Below, piece after piece: positions 51,916 through 64,000 of a stretch of DNA of 64,000 bases. Source of the DNA: Azolla caroliniana (taxonomy: Eukaryota > Plantae > Polypodiophyta); assembly GCA_043228905.1 (NCBI GenBank), contig JBHGNT010000010.1, positions 10,540,001 through 10,604,000 of the forward strand, given 5' to 3'. Below the pieces are notes generated by a model, which was given only the letters and a program-made list of their open reading frames with translations, did no database searches and was not told the origin of the DNA. Each line of letters opens with the position of its first letter. Within the stretch, counting starts at the first letter, position 1. The position numbers were made by a program, and so were the translations under genes.

Positions 51916-54900
51916 ATGACGAGACCAACGCACGACCTGGTTACAGACCGAGCTCGACGCCTCGCCGAACGGCAAAGACGGCGTGAGACTTTCCAGCAAG
52001 CAGCGCACGGAATTCGCTCGGATCGTTCGTTCTCCAACGAGATCCGGAGAGTCGCGGAGGAATCTCTTCGGTTACAGCAAACTCGCGACCAGGACGACGG
52101 AAGCAGTCTAAGTAGTCTCCGGGAAACCGAACGCCTCCTCGAGGCGCTGGCAAGCGGAGAAAACGAGGCAGAAGCCTTTTCAGCCTACGAATCGGATTCC
52201 GAAGGGGGATACAACGTGCACACGAACTACCGGAGCAGCAACGATACCCCCGGCGGCCCGGAGGACGACGGGTCGGATACCGTGCCGACTCCAGAACCGG
52301 AACCGCTCGACCAGGGCTATCCGGAACCGCAAACGGAAGCCGTCAACCCACCAACACCGGAAGTGGAAGAAGCAAAGCCACCGACACCAACGAAAGAGCC
52401 GGCGAAGGTACCAGAAGACGAGCCGGTGAAAGAACCGGAAAAAGAACCGGAAGAGGAACCGGAAAAAGCACCGGCAAAACAACCGAAAGTGGAACCGGAG
52501 AGAAAACCGGAAAGATATCAACAAACGCCACTAAACCGCGGCCTAATACTGGATGACGACATGCCGTTCCAATACTCAAAGTATCGCGATGATCCGGACG
52601 CGGAAGCGCATGTTCATGCCTTCGAGCAGACATGGGAAGCAAATCACACGTCCTAGCGAATGACACCGGAGGAAGAAGAACGCTCGAAGATAGCGGAATT
52701 CGGGCTCACGTTGGAAGGACCAGCGACACGATGGCGGCGGACGCAGGACCCGGCGACCATCACAACCTTTGCAGAATTAAAAGCAAAATTCTTGCATTTT
52801 TTCCACAAGGAGGTCGACCAGACGACAATGGTGGGCCTGTTTTATACGATCCAACAGGAGGCAGGGGAAAGCATTCCCCAATTCGTCATCCGTTTCCAAC
52901 GAATGCATAGCCAGCTTGCCCGTGCACCCCCGGAGGAGGAATTACGGACGATATTTTTAAACGCACTCCGGGAACCGTTACGCACGGTGTGTACGGTAAT
53001 CGACTTTCGAGGAAGCACCATTGACCAGGTCATTGACCGGGTCAGAGAAATGGAAAAGTCAAGCTCATGGCTTACACTGGGAACACTGCAACGGGCGTTA
53101 CCCACCGATGAAGATCTCCGGTTTCGGCAGGCAATTCAATGCACAATCTGCTTGAATGCCGGACACTCGGCAGTGGAGTGCACCATGCGAACTCAGTGTG
53201 TGATTTGTCAATCCAAGAGTCATACAACGGACCGGTGCGAGTATAACCTGTTAAACCGACAAGCACCACCCGTCCGACGGATCGAGCCAAGAAGCAGCCG
53301 AGACGAAGATGACGATCGTTGGCAAAGAATGAACCGGTACCGACCGGCACAGGATGTCCGGTACGGAGACAGACAAGAGAATGATGGCCGGTACGGGAAT
53401 CGGCATGATAACTACGACCGGTATGAGCGATCGGACCGTTATCGGGAGTCTAACAGATGACACGAGCAATACGACAGAGACCATTCCCCTGGTTACCGAA
53501 GGCACCAGGAGGACTACGGCCGATTTTACGATCCACCATGACCGGACTACCGAAATAAAAATAAGAATAATAAGAAACGTAATTTCAAGAAAGGTGGTCA
53601 CACTAGGGACCCGGAACATGGAACCCCAAGGAGCCAACCGGCACAGAACGCACCACTCACTACGGGACCGACTCCGGATACCAGCAATGCTGAATCCAGC
53701 AATACCCGTAAAGAGTATTGCTATTACTGCAGGCAGGAAGGCCACTACAGTAACCAGTGCCCGGCAAAGAGCTACGATAAACGACCAACAGTTAATATGG
53801 TGGTTCCGGAAGTGGCGGATATACAGCAAGTAACCACACGGTCGAAAGGCATGGCCAAAGAGTGGGAAACACAAGAGGCCATACGAAAACAGGCGACGGA
53901 ATGGGTGAAGGAAGCCAATGAAAGGAACGTCGCGGACACGGAACGGCAAAAGGCGAATACCATAGGGAGTGCCGGCGGTAGCCACCCAGAAAACGAGACA
54001 TGGCAAGCACTGCAAGAATGTCAGATCACGTTGCCATTAGGAAGACTCTTGCAGCTCGTGCCGCGATTTACGGAAGGACTAAAAACGGCCATGACAGACG
54101 GTATAGCCCCACCGGCACCAGTCCTCTTCTCGAATCCGGAGGAGGGACCGACGGTGGTGGACACTAGTAGTCCGGTGATTACAGCTATTGTCAAAGGGCA
54201 CGAACTTCCCGGCACAGTAATCGATGGAGGTTCCGGGGTGAACGTAATAAGCCTCCACACGTGTGATGCCTTGGGTATACATGAATGGGAGCCATGTCCG
54301 TTCTGGCTACGGATGGCGGATACGAGCTCTGTACGGCCGATGGGCTTAATACGGAAATTGGAAGTCACCATAGGAGGTCACACATTTCACATCTCGGCTG
54401 TAGTGCTGCAGCTACAGGCGCAAGGCGCGTACCCACTGTTGCTGGGCAGACCATGGTTGAAAACAACACACATCAAGCAAAATTGGCGGAAAAATATGAT
54501 TACCTTCCGGCGCGGAAAAGCCAAGGTCTGGGTACCGACACAACCACGGACGAGCAACGGTAAGGAATGCACACCGCTATATGCGGAATGCGTGAACATG
54601 CTTGAAGGGTTGGCAGACGACGAAGAAGCCCAGTACTTGGAGGAACACCCGAAGATCGTACCACTCTTCGAGATTGACGTAGCTGAAGCCGTAGCGCCAT
54701 ACTTGCCGCAGCGGGACGAAACCGAAGCCGAACCAGACAAAGATTCGATTCGGGAATTACGGCAAGCACAGGAAGCGTTGGAACGGGAAATGGCCGTTTC
54801 CCAACGGGTAAAAACATCCCAGCTCGACGAAGTGAACCTAGGAAGCAAGGACGAATCAAAGCCGGTACACATCGCCAAAGAAATGAAGCCGGAAGATAAA

Positions 54901-57786
54901 GCGGCGATGATCAAACTTCTCACGGAGTTTCGCGACGTATTCGCCTGGTCATACGAAGACATGCGAGGGCTGGACCCTCAATTATATCAGCATCAGATCC
55001 ACTTAGGCAAGGACGCGAAACCAGTGGCGCAAAGACGTTACCGAATGAACCCCAACTACGCCGCCAAAGTGAAGGAGGAAATCGACAAACTCCTAAGAGT
55101 GGGCTTCATCCGGCCGGTAAAGAAAGCGACGTGGCTGAGCCCCATCGTCGTCGTCCCAAAGAAGAACGGTAAAATCCGCGTGTGTGTAGATTACAGGAAA
55201 CTAAATGCAGCCACAATTACGGATGCATTCCCTCTTCCGTTCACGGATGGAGTACTGGATGCCGTCGCCGGCCATGAAGTTTATAGTTTTTTAGACGGGT
55301 TCAGCGGATACAATCAAATCCGGATGCACCCTGACGACCAGGAGAAGACAGCGTTCGTCACCGAATGGGGGGTGTTTGTGGCCGAAGTAATGATGTTCGG
55401 CCTAAAAACGGCACCAGCAACTTTCCAGCGAATCATCATGGAGATCTTCGGCGAATACATTCCTGCCTTCATGCAGGTTTTCCTGGATGATTTTGCAGTC
55501 TATAGCCGGGGAAAAGACCATTTGCAGCACCTACGGTTATGCCTTGAAAAGTGTAGGTTATACCGGCTAAGCTTAAACCCAACAAAATGCATCTTTGGAG
55601 TTTCAAGTGGAATCTTACTGGGACACATTGTAAGTAAGGAGGGCATTGCGGTCGACCCGGACAAAGTAAACGCGATACTAGGGGCACCGGCGCCGAAAAC
55701 GGCCAAAGCACTAAGCTGATTCTTAGGACAGATCCGGTGGCACAGCCGGATGCTCCGTCACTTGGCTGACTTGGCTACACCATTACACACCGCGGTACAT
55801 CGGACACCGTTCCAATGGACGGATACGGAGGATAAGGCATACAATGCCCTGAAGGTACTTTTGTCGCAAGCACCCGTCGTGCAGCCTCCGGATTGGAGCA
55901 AGGAATTTCATGTGTTCGTTGACGCTTCCGACATCGCTATCGGCAGCGCCTTAATGCAACTTACGGAGCCTAAATGGTACCGGCCGGTATATTACGCCAG
56001 CCGAAAGCTGTCCCAAGCGGAGAAGAACTATTCGACGACGGAACGGGAGGCCCTGGGCATGATCTACAGTGTCACAAAGTTTCGTCATTACCTATTGGGA
56101 AGGAAGTTCTCCTTTCATGTGGATCACTCGGCGCTCCTGTACTTACTGTCCAAGGCGTCCCTGACCGGTAAGTTGGCCCGTTGGACCTTGCTGTTGCAGG
56201 AGTTCGAATTCGAGATCTTCCACCGGCCCGGTATCCAGCATGCCGTAGCAGACTACCTGAGCCGGTTAGAGTCCGGAGAATCAGGCGACGGAGTATCGGA
56301 TGAATTCCCGGACGCAGAGTTATTCCGTATCACCCCGGAAACGGCAGCGGACGACACGGTGGCATCAGAAGATAGGTGGCTGACAAACATGCACCAGTTC
56401 CTAAGCACGGGCCTGCCACCGGAGGAAATGAACCGGGACGAGAGGAAACGACTAGCGGTGCAGAGCCGCAATTTCTGTCTGTTACGAGACACTCTCTACC
56501 ACAAAGGAGTAGATGGAATATGGAGACGGGCAGTCCGTAGTGACGAGAAACAAGTAATCTTACGGGAAGCACACTGTGGGGTTGCCGGAGGACACTATGC
56601 CGGGGAAGCGACGACAAGGAAAATATGGCAGAGCGGCTTATGGTGGCCCACGACGTTAAAAGACGCCGTCAAGTATGCTAAGGAATGTGACCTATGCCAA
56701 CGAATGGGCCAGCCTACGGAGCAAGCACGGATGCCACACCAACCGGTACTTCCACTAGAGCCATTCCAGAAGTGGGGGTTGGATTTTGTCGGACCGTTCA
56801 AGCCACCGGCAATGAGAACGGGTAATCGTTATGTCATCGTGGCAACAGATTATTGCACTAAATGGGTGGAGGCTAAGGCCTTGAGAGACAATACCGCGTC
56901 ATCCACAGCAAAATTCCTGTACGAGAACATTTGGTGCCGATATGGATGTCCGATTGAATTAATCAGCGACCAAGGAGGACACTTCCTCGGCCAGGTAGTG
57001 GAAATCTTAACAACGTTCTATGCCGTGGTCCATAAACGGAGCACACCGTACTACCCACAAGCGAACGGGTTAGCGGAGTCAACCAACAAAACACTCCAGA
57101 ACATTCTCCACAAAATCGTCAATGAAAACCGGATGGACTGGGATACAAAGCTCCATAGCGCGCTATGGGCGTACCGAACGGCATACAAAACAAGTATCCG
57201 GACAACGCCGTTCCGGTTAGCGTTCGGCTTAGAGGCGGTCATGCCGGTGGAATTTCAGGTACCAAGCTTACGGATCCAACTACGGGAACGGCTGAATGAA
57301 AAGGAGTCGGAAGAAATGCGGCTAGCAGCACTATGCGAACTGGAGGAGCAACGGCTGGCCAGCATCCTACACATGGAACTGGAGCAACGACGACGGAAAG
57401 CGTTCGTTGACCGTCACCGGAAAGGTCATGAAAAGATGTTCGAAATCGGAAAGCCGGTGCTAGTATTCCAAACGAGGATGGGCAAGATGCCGGGTAAACT
57501 CCGGTTTAGATGGACAGGCCCGTATTGGCTGACACGGGAATACAACGGGTCCTATCAGTTAGGGACACTTGCCGGTGAAGTGCTAGGCAAGTGGGTCAAC
57601 GGATTTAGACTGAAGCCCTATAAAGGACCGATGCCAAATAACCCGTTTATGCAGCCCACCGGCACTATACCGGGAACGGTACGGATGGAAGAAAAAGACG
57701 ACGGGGAACCCGTAGCAGAGGCGAAGGAAGACACGGCAACCCGTAAGGAAAACGGTAAGGGTCCGAAGGGACCTACGGATGTGTAA
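51916..57786 (+). pseudogene. gag-pol: Gypsy G single-frame gag-pol (1957 codons) with four in-frame stops
   Basis: ORFs 51916, 52660, 53797 and 55750 share one frame; stops at 52654, 53458, 53539 and 55717; VIDGGSGVN protease, FLDDF RT, VDASD RNase H, H-H-C-C and WGLDFVGP integrase, WTGPY. Confidence 0.95.
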
Positions 57787-58148
57787 GATCACATACCGTC
57801 ATTTATTAAAAAAATAAAAAATAAAAAAAAATCGAGGTATGAACGGACGTGAAAGCAAGGAGCGAAAAGGTACGTAGTGGGCATTTAAGAGCTGCCACAT
57901 TGCTTAATACTAAATTGGTACACGACGTGCGCATGCTCGAAAAAGGCGCCAAGACGCACAGAGAAAAAGAAGAACGCATGGAGACCTTTTTTTTTCGCGA
58001 GCTAAGAAGCACAGAAGCACCAAGGCAGTGGAAGCTTAACAAACGCGAACCTGCACTCAGAGAACCCCCACGTTCGGAACGCTCTCTCTCTCGCTCTCAC
58101 TCTCATCACCACTCTACCTCGCCATCTTTCCTCGACCTCGAAGCAGAC

Positions 58149-60728
58149 ATGGAACCACAAACGCTGTCGGAAGCGGCCAGGAAATGGCTCAGGCAACACG
58201 GACTGGATGGGTTCTTGACCATCATGGAGGCACCACCGCACAAAGAAGCCGACCAGGTCATCAAAGAGCTCGACAAAGAAGTCATCACCGAGGAAGCGAT
58301 CCGTGCGCTAACAGGCCTTCCGGAGGGAGGTATTTTTCAGATTGATAACCCAACCTCGGAGCAACTCATCCGATATTTCAGTGAGTACTCTGTTGCCGGC
58401 AAAGGCTATCGAACGCAGGGCGGCGAAGATCCGCTATTCAGGGAGATAGCTCGAGTGCTCCATGAGTACGGCCACGTGTACCCCCGACCCCCTGTCATGC
58501 CAAAAAATCGGGCAGGGATGATCATAGCCACCTATGAAGGGATCAAGGTGGATTGGCCGGTGTTGATTGCAGACGGTTTGTGCGCGGCAATCGACACGGT
58601 ACGAGGAAAGGACGGCAAGGAGGGCCGGAAGCTGTGGCATGCCGTAGCGCAGTGGATAACATTGCTCGTGCCGCCGGTCGAGACCGTTCAGCCAAAGAAG
58701 CGGCCAAGATTATCGGAAGGAAGCACCTCGAAACCCGCGTCCAAACGACAACAGCTGCTGGCGTCGAAGGCGACGAAAGGGAAGAAACGGCTCCCAGAAC
58801 TGGAGGTGTCACCAGTCCGACCCGTTAAGATAACCATACGGCGACCGGGACAGAAGGAACCGGAACCCTTGACGGCACAGATACATGCCGCTACCCAGGA
58901 AGAGGAAACGGAGGAGCCAATAGAGCACCTCCAACGACGGTCAAAGAGTAGGACCGCCGGGACAGCGGGGGAGCGTTCGGAACCGCAAAAGGAAGAAACG
59001 CCCCCAACTCAACCTGAGCAAACCACAAGGGAGGAACCGGAACCGGTACGTATAGAACCGGCCTTGTCGACTTCTGTACAAGAAGTCATTCCAACGGCTC
59101 CGGAGACGGCGAGAACCGGAACTCAACAGCCGGCGAGCCCAGCCAACACACACAGCGGCCAAGGAGTAGAACCAGAACGGCAGATGCAGGCACTCAGGCC
59201 AGACAATTCCACAGTGAACGAGCCGACCCGACCAGTACAGCAGCAAGGCACCAGTAGCATGTGGCTACGGTGGGTAGGCGAGCAGATCGCCGGAGCGGTC
59301 GAGTACATAGAGGCGGAGGAGAGAGCGCACCACGAACGGTTGCTCGTCACAACCGTAGATCTAGAGACGGCCCGGTCCAGAATCCGGAGCCTTGAACAAG
59401 ACTTGGACAGGGTCACAAGGGAAATGGCTCAATTGGCTTTGACAACACAAGTCCAAGCACCGGTGACTCCGGGCAATGTACAGAATAAAGCGTCAGATCA
59501 ACCTGTACATAGCAATCAGACCCCGGCAACGGAAACCGTTCCGGAGAGAAATGCGGCACAAGCCCAAGAGCTTGCGGACTTAAAGGATGAGCTAGCTGCC
59601 CAAGAAGCGCTGAGGAGCCGCGAAAGAGAGTTGAAGACGGCATCGGAGGCAGAACTCAAAAAGACTGCTGAGAATCTACGCCGGGCCGAGGAGAGCTTAC
59701 GAAAAGGCCACCAAGCGTACGACCGGCTCAAGGAGGAAAAGGAGAAAATGCTGCAAGAGAAGGACAGGCTCCGGAGAAACGCCGAAACCGAAGTAGAGCG
59801 CCTGAAAGAGGAACTCCGGCAGCTAAAGGACCGGGAGGACCGGAACCATCGCCAGATCAACGGCAAGCTCAAACAAAAAACGGAGGAATTTGAGCACTTG
59901 CGCCGGGAGTATAAACGGTTGCAAACGGAGCACAAGGAACAGACGGATGAGCTCCGGCAAGTAGTTGATCGGACCGCAACGGCATACGCTAATGAACAAG
60001 CGGAAACCAGAAGACGGTTGGAAGAGGTGGAGAAGGTTCGGACAGAGCTCCTCAGGCAACAGCAGGCGGAAAAAGAAAGAGCGGCGGAGGTACTGCAGAG
60101 GCTGCAGACAACATATCAAGGGCAGCTGACGCGCTACAGAGAGCAGGCGGAGGATACGGCGAATCTCATCAAGCAGTTGAAGGAGGAACGACAAGTTGTG
60201 GAAAGTAGAGCGCAAATGGGAGCAAGTTGCATCCAGGATATCATGCGGGCCTGGTTGAACCAGACCAAGAGCTTGATTGACAACGGTTCCGTCAAATGGT
60301 GGACCAAGTGGGCCACGAACGCGGCGGAACTCCAATTGCTCCGGGCCGACGTAGAGAACCGGCGGAAGGAGGGAGATGATTGCTATATGCTGACTTCCGA
60401 AGACTTCACCGGCATAAGAGATGAGCTGGCCGAAGACTTTCAAGCCTTGGCAGAGGACCAACTAGGGCAAGTCCGGCAACTTGTAGCTCAGCTGAACGAC
60501 GACAGGCTGGAGACGCAGATGCAGTTTGAAAGCTACGAGAGGTCCCGGATCCGGGAAGAGAAAGCACGAGAACCGGTTACGGTCAACCTCAGTGATGAGG
60601 AACCGTTACTGGAAGGAGACCGGACCGGAAGCAGTCAAACGGGGATGCCGGAGTCAGAGAAACAAACGGAGCAGCCGCCTATAGAGCAGCCGGGGCAGCC
60701 TCAGTCCCAACCGCAACCACAGCAGTAG
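58149..60728 (+). CDS. Extra ORF of gypsy G: globular N-domain, P/E/T-rich linker, long coiled coil; unknown function
   Basis: Uninterrupted ~860 codons from ATG 58149 (frame open from 57849); TAG at 60726 lies in a CAG run and the frame continues to TGA at 60813-60815. Confidence 0.85.
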   Translation: MEPQTLSEAARKWLRQHGLDGFLTIMEAPPHKEADQVIKELDKEVITEEAIRALTGLPEGGIFQIDNPTSEQLIRYFSEYSVAGKGYRTQGGEDPLFREIARVLHEYGHVYPRPPVMPKNRAGMIIATYEGIKVDWPVLIADGLCAAIDTVRGKDGKEGRKLWHAVAQWITLLVPPVETVQPKKRPRLSEGSTSKPASKRQQLLASKATKGKKRLPELEVSPVRPVKITIRRPGQKEPEPLTAQIHAATQEEETEEPIEHLQRRSKSRTAGTAGERSEPQKEETPPTQPEQTTREEPEPVRIEPALSTSVQEVIPTAPETARTGTQQPASPANTHSGQGVEPERQMQALRPDNSTVNEPTRPVQQQGTSSMWLRWVGEQIAGAVEYIEAEERAHHERLLVTTVDLETARSRIRSLEQDLDRVTREMAQLALTTQVQAPVTPGNVQNKASDQPVHSNQTPATETVPERNAAQAQELADLKDELAAQEALRSRERELKTASEAELKKTAENLRRAEESLRKGHQAYDRLKEEKEKMLQEKDRLRRNAETEVERLKEELRQLKDREDRNHRQINGKLKQKTEEFEHLRREYKRLQTEHKEQTDELRQVVDRTATAYANEQAETRRRLEEVEKVRTELLRQQQAEKERAAEVLQRLQTTYQGQLTRYREQAEDTANLIKQLKEERQVVESRAQMGASCIQDIMRAWLNQTKSLIDNGSVKWWTKWATNAAELQLLRADVENRRKEGDDCYMLTSEDFTGIRDELAEDFQALAEDQLGQVRQLVAQLNDDRLETQMQFESYERSRIREEKAREPVTVNLSDEEPLLEGDRTGSSQTGMPESEKQTEQPPIEQPGQPQSQPQPQQ

Positions 60729-60848
60729 CAGCAAGCACAACCGCAACAACCACAACCGGAAGAACAATCGGAAACTCTGGAACAAAGTATTTTGGACAAT
60801 TTGGGTGAACAATGAAGGGGCCGAGAAGGGTTCGACGTACAAGGTACT

Positions 60849-60865
60849 GTCCCACGGGCGTGCCA
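60849..60865 (-). promoter_or_regulatory. Inverted PBS-like motif (tRNA-Arg 3'-end copy) at the expected PPT position
   Basis: Plus strand GTCCCACGGGCGTGCCA, 2 nt before the 3' LTR; minus strand TGGCACGCCCGTGGGAC. Confidence 0.7.
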
Positions 60866-63800
60866 TGTGTTACCGGCCGGCAAGGAGTCCAAAATACGGA
60901 GTGAAGGAATTAATTAAGTATTGTTGTAAATAAGCATAGTATGGACGGACGGACTGGAAACGGTATGCCGTTCCAGATCCGGACGGATTCCGAATAGGTG
61001 CGATAGGCACCGTTTTGTACTACGGGCCGGAAACCTATTTAAAGGCCCGGACCCCATTGTAATCGCAGCGGATAATTAATAGAGCATATGGTGTTTATAC
61101 TTCTGTGTTGATTTCCGTTCTGTAGTTACTGTGATATCTTACGCGTGTAATTAACCAAAGCACTCTAATTGTGTAACCTACGTAAGTCGGTGTAATCGTT
61201 GAATCTTAATCCTATGCCGTAATCACCCTTTGGTGAAGTGTCTCCGTGACACCTTGTGTTAGGCCTTGTCCGGTCAGAGAATAACAACTAGTTTAATTAG
61301 ACCAATCTTCCAAGCTTGAGGCATACAACTAGAATCCCAAGACTGTTGAAACATCAAATTCAAGGGCCCCTTTAAAATGTTGGAACATCTCTTAAAAACT
61401 TCATTTGTCAAGCCATCCCAACCAGGGCTCTTACCACTAGGAAGATGCCTTAAAACTACATCCACCTCATCCTCAGTGAAATCCGCATCCAATTCATGAC
61501 TAATGAGATCATGCACAATACATCCAACCACATCATAAAACTCATGATGTGCTCTACTCACCTCATCTATCATTAACAATTGTGGACCAATCAACTCCTT
61601 AAAGTAATGAAGACATATGTCAATTATTGTTGTAGGATCCACTATCAATTCATCCCCTTGCTTCACATGTACCACATTAGATCGAGCATAAGTAGGATGT
61701 AATGCTTGGAAAAACAAATGAGATTGACATTGATTATCAATGAGTCCTTCCCTGAGTTGTCGCATCTTAGCATAATGATAACTTTGGCATTGCAACTGAG
61801 AAATAATAATATGCAATTGACTTTGAATATCCAAAAGCTCTTCATCTAATGATGTATGTATCAATAATGCATTACACCTAGAGAGAACTTGTGAGAATTG
61901 TCGAATAAGACCTCTTCTTCGTTGAGCATTGGTTACTCCATACATACGATGAATGATGTTAATGTTTCATAATGTGATATCCCATGCTTTAACTCCTTTA
62001 AGATTCACTTGTTGAGAAAAATTTACCAAAATTTGCTCCATGGGAGAATCAAAGTGAGGTTGAAGCAAAAGAGAAGAGTTAAAGCGTAGTGGAGGCTTTC
62101 CAAGTAAAGATTTATACATGTCAATTGCATGATTACACACCTCCAAGCAAATAGGAAAGTGATCTGAAGTTCCAACATCTTGTAGAACGTTCATACGAAG
62201 TGATGTCGGTAAAAAAGAATCATCATGCATCACATACATTCTATCTAACCAACTCCATGTTTCTCTATGTTGAGCAGATTGGAAGGTAAAACTTGGATCA
62301 TTCCCTTGCAACCATGTCCAAACATCCAACTTCAGAACCTCCATAGCCAATGAGTCCCAAGCAAGTTGCTCAGGATCATCCATGATTGAATGTTCAGACG
62401 TGGATTGAAATGCATCAACACACATGTTAAAATCGCTCATAAGTAATCCTGGACGTCCAATAGATAGGGTTTGAAGGAGTGAACCCCATAATGCAATACA
62501 TTGAGTGGCTTGGTTAGGGGCATAAATCCCAACCACCCACACAACCTCGCCAAAAAAAGTGATTTCTAGAACCAAAAACCGACCATAAGGATCATTATGC
62601 ACCACTTGAGAATAATACTTATCCCTCACGATTAATACCACACTTGAATAATGATTATTAAGCTGTCCTGCATAAAATGATGAATATCCACGCAAATGCA
62701 CTATGGATCCTGCTAACTCATGACACTTATGCTCAACTACACATACTACATCCCATTCTCTACTTAACAAAGTTTCCCATAGTATATACTTCTTATGAGA
62801 ACATGCCCCTCTGACATTCCATGTTACCACTTTCATTCAATCAACAATGTTATGGGAGCACTTGCTCCTTTAGAGCAACTGATGTCATGAAACTAGTCAA
62901 AGCATGCTCCAATGCTGCATATGGATTTTCATGCACCACATCCTTAGAGTTGTGTATTGAAATCTTTTTTTTAGGTCCTCCTGTTTGACGAAAACCTCGA
63001 GAATTCGATGAATTTACAACTCGTCCCAATGAATCAAATTGAAGGTGAAGGGGTAATCCCTTATCCCTAGATTGTCGTTGCCAAGGAACTTTTCGAGGGC
63101 CCTCCCTAGTTCTTGAATTACCTTGCCAAGTAGTCACACGAGTAGTGGGTAAGCTACTACGCTGCATATTCATTGATTTCCCTTTCGACTTGCCCTTAAC
63201 CTCATGCCAATCTTTGTCAACACATCACTACTAGCTCTATCCAATGGTTTTTTCCCCTTATCTTTAACCACTAAATTATGTTTTTCCATATCCATAGATT
63301 CAATTCCCTTATTCTTAGGGCCCAAACCTTGAAGTGAGACCTCTTTATAACCCGTTCTAGGTGATGTTCCTTCATCCACAAAATCTGACACACCAACATC
63401 TCTCCCAACTCCTTCCTTATCATGCCCTTCAATAGGAACCTCTGTAGTTGAAGGATAATGACCGTGGCATTCCGCCATAAAGTGACCCCATTCACCACAT
63501 CCAAAACAATGACCTGCAAATGTCTCCCCCTTCAGTGTAAAACAAAGACTTCTCATACCAAGAGCATTCATACGCACCCATCCTGGCCTCTTGTGACTTG
63601 TATCCCATAACATATAAAATCTGCACTTATTTGTAGCATTTGCATGTGGAGATACCAACACTTTACCCATTTGAATCATCAACTCTGGTAAAAGTGGGCA
63701 TAAAAAAGCATGCTTACAATCCACTGTAACCCAAACACGACATTCTTGTTTTAACAAAGCATGATAGTCCACTACGGGGGACCATTGCATAACATGCACC

Positions 63801-64000
63801 AATCGTTTATCAAAAAACATAGGAACTTTACCCAACAATGCACTTCGATGCTTCGGTGAACGAAATACCACATCATAAAACCCTCGTGGTCCTGCATATA
63901 TATTTTCAACACAATTTGGTGACACGATTGTGTTAAACCATTGTTTAATCCAATTAACATATGGGAGTTTGCCGATAAAAAATAATATAACAGCACGATC

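Larger units (their letters stand above)
51444..61286 (+). mobile_element. Young full-length non-chromoviral Ty3/gypsy element G with an extra 3' ORF
   Basis: 419-bp LTRs at 51444-51862 and 60868-61286 (3 substitutions counted by eye); TSD ACTAG at 51439-51443 and 61287-61291; PBS TGGCGACCAC at 51869; order PR-RT-RH-INT; no chromodomain or second RNase H seen. Confidence 0.97.
49305..64000 (-). mobile_element. Near full-length degenerate L1 LINE split by gypsy G
   Basis: ORF1 62850 to the window end (CFGCGEWGHFMAEC knuckle); ORF2 APE 61967-62836 (VTWNVRG, GIYAPN, SDHFPI); KSPGWDG to IKLV at 61292; resumes at 51443 (PKV..WRPISL, LDLEKAYD, RQGCPLSP, LADDS); C-terminal CxxC near 49550. Confidence 0.93.

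Noticed and set aside
52654-53541. Programmed gag/pol readthrough stop
   Set aside because: Several scattered stops, all explicable as C>T changes; another lies within the RT-RNase H region.
57849-60728. env gene or captured host SMC/myosin gene
   Set aside because: No signal peptide, transmembrane helix or ATPase motif seen; similarity would be generic coiled coil.

Overview
Land-plant nuclear heterochromatin, probably from a seed-free plant such as a fern or lycophyte (inferred only from the element types). No intact host gene is visible. Bases 1-10.5 kb are AT-rich, decayed DNA with a 5'-truncated RTEX-like LINE in a (CT)n tract. The rest is a stack of nested retroelements, most of whose boundaries are fixed by target-site duplications (TSDs). 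It holds a deleted chromovirus (10.5-11.7 kb), three L1 LINEs, four two-LTR Ty1/copia elements (A, B nested in A, C, D), three solo LTRs, four 5'-only LTR relics (43-49 kb) and a young Ty3/gypsy element G (51444-61286; 3 LTR differences in 419 bp by eye). Best candidate for a new mechanism: G has no polypurine tract (PPT) abutting its 3' LTR. In its place is a sense copy of a tRNA-Arg 3' end ending in CCA, i.e. an inverted primer-binding site (PBS), which suggests tRNA- or tRNA-mimic priming of plus-strand DNA. G also carries a large coiled-coil extra ORF. Other highlights are a tRNA-derived Pol III module inside chromovirus LTRs, a Copia Pol with a ~220-aa extension past a relic PPT, and 54-bp tandem arrays in Copia LTRs. 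tRNA and clade assignments are from memory of the families, not from database searches.
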